NCBI GenBank assembly: GCA_902472585.1
Contig: CABROM010000001.1
Coordinates: 221,864 to 285,863, forward strand
From: an uncultured Clostridium sp.
Lineage (GTDB): Bacteria; Cyanobacteriota; Vampirovibrionia; Gastranaerophilales; Gastranaerophilaceae
Direction of reading: 5' to 3'
Length of the DNA stretch: 64,000 bases
The translations under genes were made by a program, and so were the position numbers. The notes below the pieces were generated by a model, which was not told the DNA's origin, made no database searches, and saw only the letters and a list, made by a program, of their open reading frames with translations. This document shows, piece by piece, positions 28,349-38,921 of the stretch (position 1 is the first letter of the stretch; each line of letters starts with the position of its first letter).

Positions 28349-29641
28349 TTACTTGATTTCAACTTTGTTGTTTGCATTCAAGAAATCTCTTACTTTTTCA
28401 TTCAAAGCTTGTTGAGAAATAGAAGCAAGAACTTGAGGATTTTGACCTAATTGTTTAATCAAGTCTTGAGGTTTCAATCCGTAAGCTGCACTTAATTGAG
28501 TAAATTTATTTTCAATATCTTTTTGTTCAAGCTTGATATTTTCTTCTTTTGCAATCTTATCGATTACTAAAGAATTTTTAATTCTTACAAGTGCATCTTC
28601 GTTCAAGTTTTTCAATAATTGATCTTCGCCTTGAGATTTTACAAGAGCATCCCAATTAATACCTTGAGCTGCAAGTCTTTGTTTATATTCTTCTCTCAAA
28701 GAATTAGCTTCTCTGTCAATCATTGATTGAGGAATATCAACTTTTGCAGCGTCTACAACAGTTTTGAATACTTCGTTTTCGGAATTCATTTTATTAGTTC
28801 TTTCACGTTGTGATTCAAGATATTTTTGAATATCAGCTTTTAATTCATCAACTGTTTTGAATGGGCCAACTTTTTGAGCAAATTCATCATTAAGTTCAGG
28901 GACTTTTCTTTCTTTAATTTCGTTAATTTTAATTTTGAAAGTTGCAGGTTGACCTTTCAATTTTTCATCGTGGTAATCTTCTGGGAAAGTTACCTTGATA
29001 TCAAATTCATCATTCAAGTTTTTACCAACGATTTGTTCAGCAAAACCAGGAATAAAATTAGAATGAGCTAAATCAAGAGGGTAATTTTTTGCATCTCCTC
29101 CTTTGATTTTTTCACCGTTTGCAGTACCTTCAAAATCGATTACTGCGATATCAGTATCTTTTGTCGGTCTGTCAATAACTGTAACCTGTTCACTGTGTTG
29201 TTTCAAAAGATTGTCGATAGATTTTTGCATTGCATCTTCTTCGATTGGAGAATCTTTTACTTCAAGAGTCAAACCTTTATATTGACCAAGAGTAACTTCC
29301 GGTCTTAATTCAGCTTTTGCAGTAACTGTTAAATCTTCACCAACATTGAAATTGTAATTTGTAATATATGGTTGAGCGATTAAATCCAAGTCGTTATCTA
29401 CAACAGCTTGGTTAATTGCTTTTGGCATCAAGTTTTCGATAGCTTCTTGTTTAATTCTTTCAGTACCAACATGTCTTTCAACAACAGCACGTGGAGCTTT
29501 TCCTTTTCTGAAGCCGTCAATATTTACATATTGAGAAATTTTGTGAACTGCTTTGTTATAAGCATCTGCTGCATCTTTTGCAGGAATTGTAATATCTAAT
29601 TTTACTACATTTTCTTTTTCTTTTTCTAAAGTTACTTTCAT
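28349..29641 (-). CDS. tig: Trigger factor
   Basis: MKVTLEKEKENVVKLDITIPAKD...GFRKGKAPR. ORF track starts at 29683, but the ATG at 29641 has RBS aaggatga and matches the canonical N-terminus. Conserved tig-clpP-clpX order. Confidence 0.9.
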   Translation of the reverse strand: MKVTLEKEKENVVKLDITIPAKDAADAYNKAVHKISQYVNIDGFRKGKAPRAVVERHVGTERIKQEAIENLMPKAINQAVVDNDLDLIAQPYITNYNFNVGEDLTVTAKAELRPEVTLGQYKGLTLEVKDSPIEEDAMQKSIDNLLKQHSEQVTVIDRPTKDTDIAVIDFEGTANGEKIKGGDAKNYPLDLAHSNFIPGFAEQIVGKNLNDEFDIKVTFPEDYHDEKLKGQPATFKIKINEIKERKVPELNDEFAQKVGPFKTVDELKADIQKYLESQRERTNKMNSENEVFKTVVDAAKVDIPQSMIDREANSLREEYKQRLAAQGINWDALVKSQGEDQLLKNLNEDALVRIKNSLVIDKIAKEENIKLEQKDIENKFTQLSAAYGLKPQDLIKQLGQNPQVLASISQQALNEKVRDFLNANNKVEIK

Positions 29642-29761
29642 ATTTTCATCCTTTATTTTACTTAATACTTTTGCAATAATCATACCGCAAAAAAGAATTT
29701 GTGCAAGTTTAGCGATTTACAAATAAAATAATTAAAACAAATTTTATGATATAATCAGAGC

Positions 29762-30448
29762 ATGGTAAGATTGATTAATGACAGCAACCTTAAATTTTTA
29801 ACAAGTGCGGTATATAGGATTTTAAGATTCCAAGAAATATTTACACACATAGAAAATCATAATCATCCCAAAAATCCACCTTGCATATTTGCACTATGGC
29901 ATGCGAATCAATTACTTGTGCATGGGATTAAGGACAGAAAAAATTTAAGTGTATTAATCAGTAATTCTATTGACGGACAAATTGTTGCAAGTGTTTGTGA
30001 AAATTGGGGATTTAAAGTCGTAAGAGGTTCCTCAGGCAAAAAAGGTTCCGTTGAATCAACAATGCAAATGCTTGAAAGATTAAAGAATGGAGAAAGCGTT
30101 GCAATAATGGTTGACGGGCCTCACGGTCCATTACATAAAGTTAAAAACGGAGCCATTAAATTGGCACAACTTTCCGGAGCTCCAATTATTCCGGTTACTT
30201 GGTTTTCTCCGCAAAAATCATTTGTAAGCCTTCCTTCCTGGGACAAAATGAAAGTCCCTTGCGGATTATGTAATATTTTAAACATATACGCAGAACCTAT
30301 ATACGTAAAACAAGATGCTACTAATGAAGAGCTTTCAGAAATTAAAGAAAAAATTAAAAATGAACTTTTAAATTTAGATGCAAAAGCACCTGAAATATAT
30401 AACGAGGCTAAAAAACAAGGATTATGGGACAAAAAGAAAAAGAATTAA
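29762..30448 (+). CDS. DUF374-like protein (lysophospholipid acyltransferase-like family)
   Basis: 228 aa, ...MVDGPHGPLHKVKNGAIKLAQLSGAPIIPV pattern recalled for the DUF374 family. Low certainty. Confidence 0.4.
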   Translation: MVRLINDSNLKFLTSAVYRILRFQEIFTHIENHNHPKNPPCIFALWHANQLLVHGIKDRKNLSVLISNSIDGQIVASVCENWGFKVVRGSSGKKGSVESTMQMLERLKNGESVAIMVDGPHGPLHKVKNGAIKLAQLSGAPIIPVTWFSPQKSFVSLPSWDKMKVPCGLCNILNIYAEPIYVKQDATNEELSEIKEKIKNELLNLDAKAPEIYNEAKKQGLWDKKKKN

Positions 30449-31251
30449 ACATATCTGCAATACAGATGTGTTCAAAGATTGGGGATAAAAAAGCAAATTT
30501 TGATAAAGTATCATCTCTTGTTCAAAGAGATATCAAAAAAGGAGTTGATATTATTGTTTTGCCTGAAGTTTGGACTGTCGGCTGGGCACCAAAACATTTT
30601 AGAGAATCGGCAGAAGAAATTAAAAACAGTGAAACAATTAAACTTCTTTCAGACATAGCAAAGGATTATAATACATGGGTTGTTGGCGGAAGCTTCATTT
30701 CCAAATCAGATGAACATTATTACAACACCTGTCCTGTATTAAACAGAAAAGGCGAACTTGTTGCTTTATATTCCAAAAACCACTTATTCTCATATTACGG
30801 AAGTGATGAAGGAACATTTGTAGAAGTTGGCAAAAATCCTGTTATGGTTGATATTGAAGGAGTAAAAACAGGTTTAACAATATGTTATGATATTAGATTT
30901 CCTGAAATTTACAGAGCATACAGAAAAGCAGGAGCTGATCTTTTTATAAATTGTGCAGCCTGGGGATTAAAAAAGCCTATACCATGGGAATGTATGACAA
31001 GATGCAGAGCTGTTGAAAACCAAGCATATATGGTTGCTCTAACTCAATCAGGCTACATCGAAAACGGCGAATGGAATATCGGTCACTCAAGAATTATTGA
31101 TTACAAAGGAGATACAATATCAGAAATCAAAGACCAAAAAGAAGGTGCATTTTCAGCAACTTTAGATTTTGCTCCAATGTATGAATTCAGAGAAAAATGT
31201 ACTTGTATGAATGATATAAGAAAATCTTACGAGGTTGAAATAATTAAATGA
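30424..31251 (+). CDS. Carbon-nitrogen hydrolase (nitrilase superfamily) protein
   Basis: LPEVWTVGW (catalytic Glu context), the K in YSKNHLF, and catalytic Cys in TICYDIRFPE. Confidence 0.8.
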   Translation: MGQKEKELNISAIQMCSKIGDKKANFDKVSSLVQRDIKKGVDIIVLPEVWTVGWAPKHFRESAEEIKNSETIKLLSDIAKDYNTWVVGGSFISKSDEHYYNTCPVLNRKGELVALYSKNHLFSYYGSDEGTFVEVGKNPVMVDIEGVKTGLTICYDIRFPEIYRAYRKAGADLFINCAAWGLKKPIPWECMTRCRAVENQAYMVALTQSGYIENGEWNIGHSRIIDYKGDTISEIKDQKEGAFSATLDFAPMYEFREKCTCMNDIRKSYEVEIIK

Positions 31252-32597
31252 AAAAAATCTTAGTTCTTTTAATGAGTTTAACGGTAATATTAGGGATACA
31301 ATCAAAAGTTTTTGCCTCAGCAATTGATTCAACAATTTCAGATTCAGGCATAAATAAAGGTAGTGTATCCGTTTCTGTCAGAGATTTAGAAACGGGGAAA
31401 GCGGTTTATGAGCTTCACGAAAACAAGCCTTCCATGCCTGCATCAACAATGAAACTTATAACCCTGACAGCATCAATAGACAAACTCGGAAAGAACTACG
31501 AATTTTCAACAAAATTATATAAAAATACCAACAACGAATTATTCATAAAACTTGGGGCAGATCCATTCTTAACTTCAGCAGGTCTAAATAATTTGTTTGA
31601 AAAAGCCGTAAAAGAGAAAAAAGTAGTTTCTCCAAAAGCCATATATATTGATGACTATATTTTTGACAGCACGGAATGGGGAGAAGGCTGGCAATGGGAT
31701 GATGATTTAAACCCGCTTATGCCAAAATTCAGTTCCTATAACATTGACGGTAATAAACTCGGTATAATTATTACACCGACAACACTTGGTGCTCCAGCAT
31801 CAATTTACACATCAAAATTCTACCCGACAACATTTATGAACCTTGTAACAACAGGGAAAGAAAATAAAGTAGAAATCAGCAGAAATAATAGTATTTCACC
31901 TGATATTTTAAAAGTTGAAGGGACAATAAATAAACAAATTACCCAATACATTCCAATCAACCACCCTAAAAGATATTTTATTTTAAGGATGGAAGATGCA
32001 ATTCGATCTGCAAAAATGGATTACTACGGCGCATTTATGCAGAAAAAAGTTCCATCATCAAATGTTTATCTGGTCTCAGAAGTAAAACATCAGATGGATA
32101 AGGCTATTGAAGAAATACTTGCAAACAGCAACAATTTTGTCGCAGAATCAGTCTTTAAATTAGCCGGAGCAAAATATGTTAATAACACAGGCTCTTTAGC
32201 TAATTCACAAAAAATGTTAAATGCCTATTTTGATAAAATAGCAATTAATCATGATGATATCAAAATAATTGACGGAAGCGGCGTATCAAAAAATAACATC
32301 GTAACAACAGATTTTATGAGTGATTTTTTGACACATAAAGAAGTGTATGCATTTTTAAAAGATACCTTACCAACAGCAGGCGAAGGTACTTTAAAAAACA
32401 GAATGCTGTATTTTAAAGACAATTTACATGCTAAAACAGGCACCTTATCAGATGTAAGTGCAATTGCAGGATATATCACTTCAAGAAACGGCAAGACCTA
32501 CGCATTTTCAATAATAATTAATGATTCAAAAACAAAACCGCAGGCAAAGAAATCTCTTGAAGAATACATAATCAGAGACATATATACAAACTACTAA
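31248..32597 (+). CDS. dacB: D-alanyl-D-alanine carboxypeptidase/endopeptidase, PBP4 (peptidase S13) family
   Basis: Signal peptide. SxxK (PASTMK), SxN-like and KTGT motifs (HAKTGTL). 449 aa. Confidence 0.8.
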   Translation: MKKILVLLMSLTVILGIQSKVFASAIDSTISDSGINKGSVSVSVRDLETGKAVYELHENKPSMPASTMKLITLTASIDKLGKNYEFSTKLYKNTNNELFIKLGADPFLTSAGLNNLFEKAVKEKKVVSPKAIYIDDYIFDSTEWGEGWQWDDDLNPLMPKFSSYNIDGNKLGIIITPTTLGAPASIYTSKFYPTTFMNLVTTGKENKVEISRNNSISPDILKVEGTINKQITQYIPINHPKRYFILRMEDAIRSAKMDYYGAFMQKKVPSSNVYLVSEVKHQMDKAIEEILANSNNFVAESVFKLAGAKYVNNTGSLANSQKMLNAYFDKIAINHDDIKIIDGSGVSKNNIVTTDFMSDFLTHKEVYAFLKDTLPTAGEGTLKNRMLYFKDNLHAKTGTLSDVSAIAGYITSRNGKTYAFSIIINDSKTKPQAKKSLEEYIIRDIYTNY

Positions 32598-33016
32598 ATA
32601 TCAGACTTATCTCCAAACATTATTCGGCCAAAAATTCCTGCTAATGCACCGATAACTCCAAAAACGATAGCAGTCTGAACACGAGCTTTAGGAAGAAAAT
32701 CTTTTACAGCTCTATATGCTTTTGAATATTTTGGGACATTTAAAAGCTCAGCAAGCTTAGCATCACCTGAATTTTTCTTAGCAGCATGTTGAAGAAGTTT
32801 TCTGCCATCTACAATAATATCAAACGCATTTCTTTGTTCTTTTCCCGCCTTTTGCATAATATCTTTCGGAAAAGATTTTTCAAACACATCAGGCTTTTGA
32901 GTTAAAAGTTGCTCAAGATTATATTTTCTCGGAGCAATCGTATAACCGACACCGGCAGAGACAATGCCTGTCATAATTCCCATTTCCGCAGGCGAAACTG
33001 AAGTATATTGAGACAT
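32594..33016 (-). CDS. Hypothetical small protein with C-terminal TM helix
   Basis: 140 aa with hydrophobic stretches at both ends. No family recognised. Confidence 0.4.
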   Translation of the reverse strand: MSQYTSVSPAEMGIMTGIVSAGVGYTIAPRKYNLEQLLTQKPDVFEKSFPKDIMQKAGKEQRNAFDIIVDGRKLLQHAAKKNSGDAKLAELLNVPKYSKAYRAVKDFLPKARVQTAIVFGVIGALAGIFGRIMFGDKSDI

Positions 33017-33184
33017 AACACCCTCCTATACCACTCTTAATAAACACTACTACTTATATTTAAACTCACTTTTAAACATTTTTGTTGTAATTTTTATATA
33101 TAATTTACATCTCGTAACAATTCGTAAAATCGGCGGTATTGTGTTATTATAGAGAATAATATAAAGCAAATAAAGGGATAAAAT

Positions 33185-34060
33185 ATGGAACCTTACGTAA
33201 CAATTATTACACCGACACATAATTTATTGGAAAACAATCTGGCTGATGATTTTAATCTTTTAATATCTCTACTGGATTTGCAAACATATCCTTATATAGA
33301 ACACATGGTAATTGATAAAGCATCAAATGACGGAACTATTGAAATGCTAAAAGATTACAAAAACAAAGGATTTTTTAAATTTTTCTCAGAACCTGATACA
33401 GGAAAATTTGATGCTTACAATAAAGGGGTTATGAGAGCAAAAGGTAAATATGTTACATTTTTGAGCTGTGATGATTTTATCCATGACATTACATCTATTG
33501 CTGATATAGTTAATCTTATGGAAGCAAATAACGCAGATTTTACATTTGCACCTGCATATTGCAGACACCCTGAAGGTTTTGTATTTTTATTTGCCCCTTC
33601 TATGTACAACGCATTTCAAGCAATGCCTTGTGCAAGACAAGCTATGTTTTTTAAAAAGTCAATGATAGAAAAAGAGAATTACTTTGATTTAAAATTTAAA
33701 ACAATGTCAGATTTTGACTTTATTATGAGAATAATAATGAAAAAATATACCCCTGCATATTTTGATAACAACTATGTAACATATAAACTCGGAACTAAAC
33801 CTATGGAAAATCCTCAACGTTCCGAAGAAGAAGTAAAAGCGATTTATTATAAAAATTTCAGATCAATTTACCCTATGAATGATGACATTTTAGACAGAAT
33901 GGCTAAATATTCGGAATTTCCAAAAGGTCTTTTAGATAAATTGTCAGTCTATTTTCCTGAAGCTGACAGAGAACTTTTCTACAACAAATGTGAGGAAATG
34001 CACCAATTAAGATTATCAGCATTCCAACAACAGCAACAAAATGCAAACAATAATATGTAA
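33185..34060 (+). CDS. Family 2 glycosyltransferase
   Basis: VTIITPTHN...DKASNDGT...FLSCDDF (DxD-like) GT-A fold motifs. Confidence 0.75.
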   Translation: MEPYVTIITPTHNLLENNLADDFNLLISLLDLQTYPYIEHMVIDKASNDGTIEMLKDYKNKGFFKFFSEPDTGKFDAYNKGVMRAKGKYVTFLSCDDFIHDITSIADIVNLMEANNADFTFAPAYCRHPEGFVFLFAPSMYNAFQAMPCARQAMFFKKSMIEKENYFDLKFKTMSDFDFIMRIIMKKYTPAYFDNNYVTYKLGTKPMENPQRSEEEVKAIYYKNFRSIYPMNDDILDRMAKYSEFPKGLLDKLSVYFPEADRELFYNKCEEMHQLRLSAFQQQQQNANNNM

Positions 34061-34162
34061 AAAATTTGCAAAATAATCTTTGAGTAGTATGATATAAAAA
34101 GAGCGTGCAAGACTTTTGCACAAATAATAAATAAAAATTAAGAGAAATTAGGGAATTTAAAG

Positions 34163-35161
34163 ATGAAAGAACAAAAAGTTGCAGTAATAGGCTGCGGTGT
34201 ATGGGGAAGAAACATTGTCCGCAATTTTTATAACTTAAATGTATTAGATACCGTATGCGATATTGATGAAGAAAACTTGAAAAAAGTTACGGAACAATAT
34301 CCCGGAGTAAAAGTTACAAGAGATTTTAACGATATTATTAATGACAGCACAATAACAGGTGTATGCGTTGTTACTCCAAGTCATACACATTATAAAATGG
34401 TTAAAGCAATGCTTGAAGCAGGCAAAAATGTTTATGTTGAAAAACCGATTTCAACAGTTGCTGCAGAAGCTAGAGATTTAACAAGACTTGCACATGAAAA
34501 AGGCCTTGTTCTAATGGTTGGTCACTTATTACTTTATCATCCTGCTGTTAACCGTTTGAAAATGCTTATTGAAGAAGGTGCTTTAGGTAAAATCCTTTAT
34601 GCACAAAGTGACAGATTGAATGTTAACTTCTTCAAAAATGACAGAAGTGTAATGTGGGATTTAGCTCCTCATGATGTATCTTTAATCAGCTATGTAACAG
34701 GTAAAGCTCCTGTACATGTTCTTTCAGCTCTGGGTTGTTCTTCTGAACAAAATGATATTATGGATATTACACATATCGGAATTCAATTTGAAGACGGTGT
34801 AATAGGTCATATTTCAGAAAGCTGGATTACACCAAGAAAACATGTACAACTTTTGGTTAGAGGAACAAAAGCTACTGCAATTTTAGATGATACAGTTCCT
34901 GAACATAAACTTGTTATTTACGATAACTTTGTTAAAGACAGCTCTCAAAATATTAAACTCGATTATCTGGAAATTGAACCTTTAAAACTAGAATGTCAAC
35001 ATTTTGTAAGCTGTTGTGCAACAGGTAAAAAAGCTCGTTCAGACGGTGATAACGGTTGTATGGTTACTCAAATCTTAGAAGAAGCTGAAAAAATCATGCT
35101 TGGAGATAGAGTAAAAGAACTTGATCAAGTAAACTTTGCACTTTCAAGAACAAAAAAATAA
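34163..35161 (+). CDS. Gfo/Idh/MocA-family NAD(P)-dependent oxidoreductase
   Basis: KVAVIGCGVWGRN Rossmann motif and EKPIS motif. Confidence 0.8.
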   Translation: MKEQKVAVIGCGVWGRNIVRNFYNLNVLDTVCDIDEENLKKVTEQYPGVKVTRDFNDIINDSTITGVCVVTPSHTHYKMVKAMLEAGKNVYVEKPISTVAAEARDLTRLAHEKGLVLMVGHLLLYHPAVNRLKMLIEEGALGKILYAQSDRLNVNFFKNDRSVMWDLAPHDVSLISYVTGKAPVHVLSALGCSSEQNDIMDITHIGIQFEDGVIGHISESWITPRKHVQLLVRGTKATAILDDTVPEHKLVIYDNFVKDSSQNIKLDYLEIEPLKLECQHFVSCCATGKKARSDGDNGCMVTQILEEAEKIMLGDRVKELDQVNFALSRTKK

Positions 35162-35192
35162 AATTATAACAATTAGTTGGAGAGACATTTTT

Positions 35193-35810
35193 ATGAATAT
35201 TAAAAATAACCTTGCAAATATTGTATCAGTATCAAGAGTATTTGTTGCATATATTGCAATTGCAATGCTTTATATGCAAACAACCTGGGCATATTTAATT
35301 GCATTTATTTTAACAATAATTGCATTTGCTATGGACGGACTTGATGGGTATTTAGCAAGAAAGCTTAATCAATCCTCAGAATGGGGCTCTGTTCTTGATA
35401 TTTTGGGTGATAGAATTGTAGAAGTTTCATATTGGACAGCTTTTGCTGTTTTAGGTTGGATTAATATTTTATTTCCGCTTGTTTGTGTTGCAAGAGCCTT
35501 TACAACAGATGGTATTAGAAGTGTTGCATTATCTCAAGGTATGACTGCATTTGGAGACAAATCTATGCAATCTACTAAATGGGGAAAATTTATTTGCGCA
35601 TCAAGATTTATGAGAATAAGTTATGCTGTCGCAAAAGTTCTCGCATTTTTGCTTTTAATTGCAGTAAATACACCGGGACTTGAGCTTTGGGAAGGAACCC
35701 CAACACTTCATATTATAACAATGGTATTTGCTTGGGCTGCAATTATATTTTGCGTTGTAAGAGCAATTCCTGTTGTTGTAGAAAGTCCAAAATTATTCAA
35801 TAAGGATTAA
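35193..35810 (+). CDS. CDP-alcohol phosphatidyltransferase family protein
   Basis: DGLDGYLARKLNQSSEWGSVLDILGDR matches D-G-x2-A-R-x8-G-x3-D-x3-D. RBS ggagag before ATG 35193. Confidence 0.8.
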   Translation: MNIKNNLANIVSVSRVFVAYIAIAMLYMQTTWAYLIAFILTIIAFAMDGLDGYLARKLNQSSEWGSVLDILGDRIVEVSYWTAFAVLGWINILFPLVCVARAFTTDGIRSVALSQGMTAFGDKSMQSTKWGKFICASRFMRISYAVAKVLAFLLLIAVNTPGLELWEGTPTLHIITMVFAWAAIIFCVVRAIPVVVESPKLFNKD

Positions 35811-35817
35811 TTACAAA

Positions 35818-36267
35818 ATGGCAAAACTTAATATAGTATTATATGAACCTGAAATTCCGCAAAATACAGGAAATATTGCAAGACTTTGCGCCTGTACGGG
35901 AGCAAGCCTCTATCTTGTCGGGAAATTAGGTTTTTCTCTTTCAAGCAAATACACCAAAAGAGCAGGACTAGACTACTGGGATAGTGTAGATATACATAAA
36001 ATTGATACAATGGATGAATTGCTTGAAGCGAACAAATCTGCTAATTTTTATTATCTGACAACTAAAGCAAAAAAATTATACACAGATATAAAATTCCAAG
36101 ACGGAGATTTTATAGTTTTCGGACCTGAAACAAGAGGATTGCCTAACATTTATGTAAAAGATAAAAATGCTCTAACAATTCCAATGAAAGAAGGTCAAAG
36201 AAGTTTAAATTTATCGAACTCTGTTGCAATAGTTGCTTATGAGGCTATAAGACAAAATGGATTATAA
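35818..36267 (+). CDS. trmL: tRNA (cytidine/uridine-2'-O)-methyltransferase TrmL (SpoU family)
   Basis: IVLYEPEIPQNTGNIARLCACTGASLYLV...LNLSNSVAIVAYE. Confidence 0.85.
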   Translation: MAKLNIVLYEPEIPQNTGNIARLCACTGASLYLVGKLGFSLSSKYTKRAGLDYWDSVDIHKIDTMDELLEANKSANFYYLTTKAKKLYTDIKFQDGDFIVFGPETRGLPNIYVKDKNALTIPMKEGQRSLNLSNSVAIVAYEAIRQNGL

Positions 36268-37066
36268 TATACCAAACCTTCCTTTTAGAGATGAAAATTC
36301 AAACAAAGGAACTTTCGGCAAAATATTAAATGTATCAGGTTCAGAATATATGACAGGAGCAGCTTGTCTATCATCGATTGCTGCTTTGAAAATAGGAGCA
36401 GGCTACGTTGAACTGGCAAGCCATGAAAATGTTTTAAGGGCAGCAGCAACACTTGCACCTGAAATTGTACTTGCGCCAACCGAAAAAATTTTAGAATTAA
36501 CTAAAACATCAACAGTTTTGCTTATCGGATGCGGGCTTTCAACATCTGAAAAAGCGACCAAAATATTTAAAGAAACAATATCTTCATCAATTAATCTTCC
36601 AACAGTAATTGATGCAGACGGGCTTAATATACTTTCTCAGAATAAAATTGAGTTACCTGAAAATGTTGTACTAACTCCTCATCCCAAAGAAGCATCAAGG
36701 CTTTTACATACAACACTGGATAAAGTTCTGCAATCTCCTGAAGAAGCTGCACTTGAAATATGTAAAACATATAATTGTGTAACCGTTTTAAAACTGCACA
36801 GAACAATAGTTGCATCTCAATACGGAACAATATACCACAACAAAACAGGTAACAGCGCTCTTGCAAAAGCAGGCAGCGGTGATGTTCTTGCAGGAATGAT
36901 TGCAGGTCTGCTCGCTCAACATATGAATATTTTTGACGCTTCGGTATTAGGAGTTTATCTTCACGGATTAGCAGGAGATTTGGCAAAAAATGACCTGACT
37001 GCTTACGGAGTTTTAGCTTCCGACACAATCAGGTACATTCCTTATGCTATAAAAACATTATGCTAA
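36257..37066 (+). CDS. nnrD: ADP-dependent NAD(P)H-hydrate dehydratase (YjeF C-terminal domain)
   Basis: GTFGKILNVSGSEYMTGAACLS...VIDADGLN...KAGSGDVLAGMIAGL. Confidence 0.85.
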   Translation: MDYNIPNLPFRDENSNKGTFGKILNVSGSEYMTGAACLSSIAALKIGAGYVELASHENVLRAAATLAPEIVLAPTEKILELTKTSTVLLIGCGLSTSEKATKIFKETISSSINLPTVIDADGLNILSQNKIELPENVVLTPHPKEASRLLHTTLDKVLQSPEEAALEICKTYNCVTVLKLHRTIVASQYGTIYHNKTGNSALAKAGSGDVLAGMIAGLLAQHMNIFDASVLGVYLHGLAGDLAKNDLTAYGVLASDTIRYIPYAIKTLC

Positions 37067-37306
37067 TAAATCAAATCTCTTAGCAGCAGCTGCTCTTTTT
37101 GCTAATTCTTCTTCCAAGCCATTTCCTGTTGGTGCGAATGGGCTTGTATATTCAGCGTGTTTTACAAAAGGTTGAGCAATTTTTGCTTTTGGTAATTCAG
37201 GTAAAATTGAAGAAGCAGCAACAAATTCTTGAGCCTTAGGTGCAGCTTTTTTCAAACCATCTGTTAACATAGTTTCTCTACCTGTGAATGCGACTTTATT
37301 TATCAT
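37058..37306 (-). CDS. Hypothetical 82-aa Ala/Lys-rich protein
   Basis: ORF with plausible composition between nnrD and anmK. No family recognised. Confidence 0.3.
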   Translation of the reverse strand: MINKVAFTGRETMLTDGLKKAAPKAQEFVAASSILPELPKAKIAQPFVKHAEYTSPFAPTGNGLEEELAKRAAAAKRFDLLA

Positions 37307-37436
37307 TTTAATCTCCTTTTCATTTCAGTTTGATAAATTGTACATCTTTAAGAATACTACTGAAAAAACATAATTGCTAAAAAATAGAATAAGATTTACA
37401 ATAGTTAATAAAACAATATCAAAATAAGATATAAAA

Positions 37437-38567
37437 TCAATTAGCTATTTTTCCTAAAATAACCCTTTTTGAAGCCCCCGTGCAAGACGGTAAATTATTA
37501 GGAATTCCATAATATGTACAGTAACCAAGCAATGCAAATGCCATAACTTCTTTAAAATTATTTGAAATTCCGTAAGCTTCATGTGTTTTCAAATCGATAT
37601 GTTTTGGAAGATAATGCCTTATATATTTCATTAAAGTAGGATTATATGCGCCCCCACCACCAATAATAACTTCTTTAACATCAATATCAGGATAAATAAA
37701 TCTTTCATAAGCAGATGTTATTGTTTTTGCAGTAAGTGCAGTTGCTGTTGCAATAATATCTTCAGGTTTTTTAGGCCCGAAACGGAGAGCATTTTCAATA
37801 TATTCTGCTGAAAAATATTCTCTCCCTGTTGTTTTAGGCGGAGTTTTAAAATAATATTCATCTTGCATTAAACATTCAAGCCAGCTTTCAGAAACTTTAC
37901 CCGAATCTGCGATTTTGCCATCTTTATCATAAGGCTTTTTAAAATACTTGTTAGTACAATAATCAATCATAATATTTCCAAGCCCTGTATCAAATCCGAA
38001 TGTCGGAAAATCTTTGGAAATCACAGTAACATTTGAAATACCACCGATATTTTGAACGAGCAGATTTTTCTTTAACGGCTTGAACCATTTTTCATCCGCA
38101 AAGCAAACCAAAGGTGCCCCCTCACCACCTGCTGCAATATCAGCTTCTCTAAAATTTGAGATAGTTAAGCATCCTGTTTCTTGAGCAATAACAGAGCTTT
38201 CGCCAATTTGTAACGTACTTTTTAAAGAAATTTTATCTAACTTTTCATCAATCGGAAAATGAAATATAGTCTGACCATGACTTGCAATAAAATCAGGCTT
38301 GCCATGTTCTGATATCAAAACTTTACAAGCTTCAGCAAAACAATGACCGATTACAAAATTCATTTGGCAAACATCTTTAACAGAAACATTTCCGGAAAAA
38401 AGTTGAAAAATTTTTGCTCTGATATGTTCAGGATACTTATAATTTATGCCTGAAATTAATTTTACAGACAAATCAGGATGCACTTCACATAAACCTGCAT
38501 CAATACTGTCACAAGATGTACCTGACATTAATCCTATTACAAGTTTTGTCTGCAACTCATCAACCAT
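37437..38567 (-). CDS. anmK: Anhydro-N-acetylmuramic acid kinase
   Basis: LVIGLMSGTSCDSIDAGL N-terminal signature. 376 aa. Confidence 0.88.
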   Translation of the reverse strand: MVDELQTKLVIGLMSGTSCDSIDAGLCEVHPDLSVKLISGINYKYPEHIRAKIFQLFSGNVSVKDVCQMNFVIGHCFAEACKVLISEHGKPDFIASHGQTIFHFPIDEKLDKISLKSTLQIGESSVIAQETGCLTISNFREADIAAGGEGAPLVCFADEKWFKPLKKNLLVQNIGGISNVTVISKDFPTFGFDTGLGNIMIDYCTNKYFKKPYDKDGKIADSGKVSESWLECLMQDEYYFKTPPKTTGREYFSAEYIENALRFGPKKPEDIIATATALTAKTITSAYERFIYPDIDVKEVIIGGGGAYNPTLMKYIRHYLPKHIDLKTHEAYGISNNFKEVMAFALLGYCTYYGIPNNLPSCTGASKRVILGKIAN

Positions 38568-38582
38568 ACTCTATATAATATA

Positions 38583-38612
38583 AAAAAGCTTGCACTTTAG
38601 CAAGCCTTTTTA
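38583..38612. terminator. Bidirectional hairpin with flanking A/T runs immediately upstream of the anmK start
   Basis: aaaaagcttgcactttagcaagccttttt (gcttgc/gcaagc stem). Confidence 0.5.
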
Positions 38613-38892
38613 TATTCAACTATCTCCTACTCCCCTAAAATTTTCTTTACTCCCATAATACTTTTAAAAATAAAAAATTAAATCGATAAAAAAAATATCC
38701 CTAATCGTTCTCTGCACTTCCAAAAGTTTCTTTTTTGTTTCCTTTCTAAACCTTTTTCACAACTATCGGACTTTGCCATCACCTCTCTTTTTCATTTCCG
38801 ATTTTTTTAACTATCCGGCAGCCGTTCTGAATTTCTTTTATTCAGTTCCTTGCCCCTCCACGTTTTTTAATGTAAATCTAAGTTAAAAGTTT

Positions 38893-38921
38893 GACAAGTA
38901 AAGAAAAATAAAATAAAATTT
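38893..38921 (+). promoter_or_regulatory. Candidate sigma-70 promoter for the WYL-regulator operon
   Basis: TTGACA - 17 nt - TAAAAT (tttgacaagtaaagaaaaataaaataaaat), ~200 nt upstream of the ATG at 39121. Confidence 0.45.
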
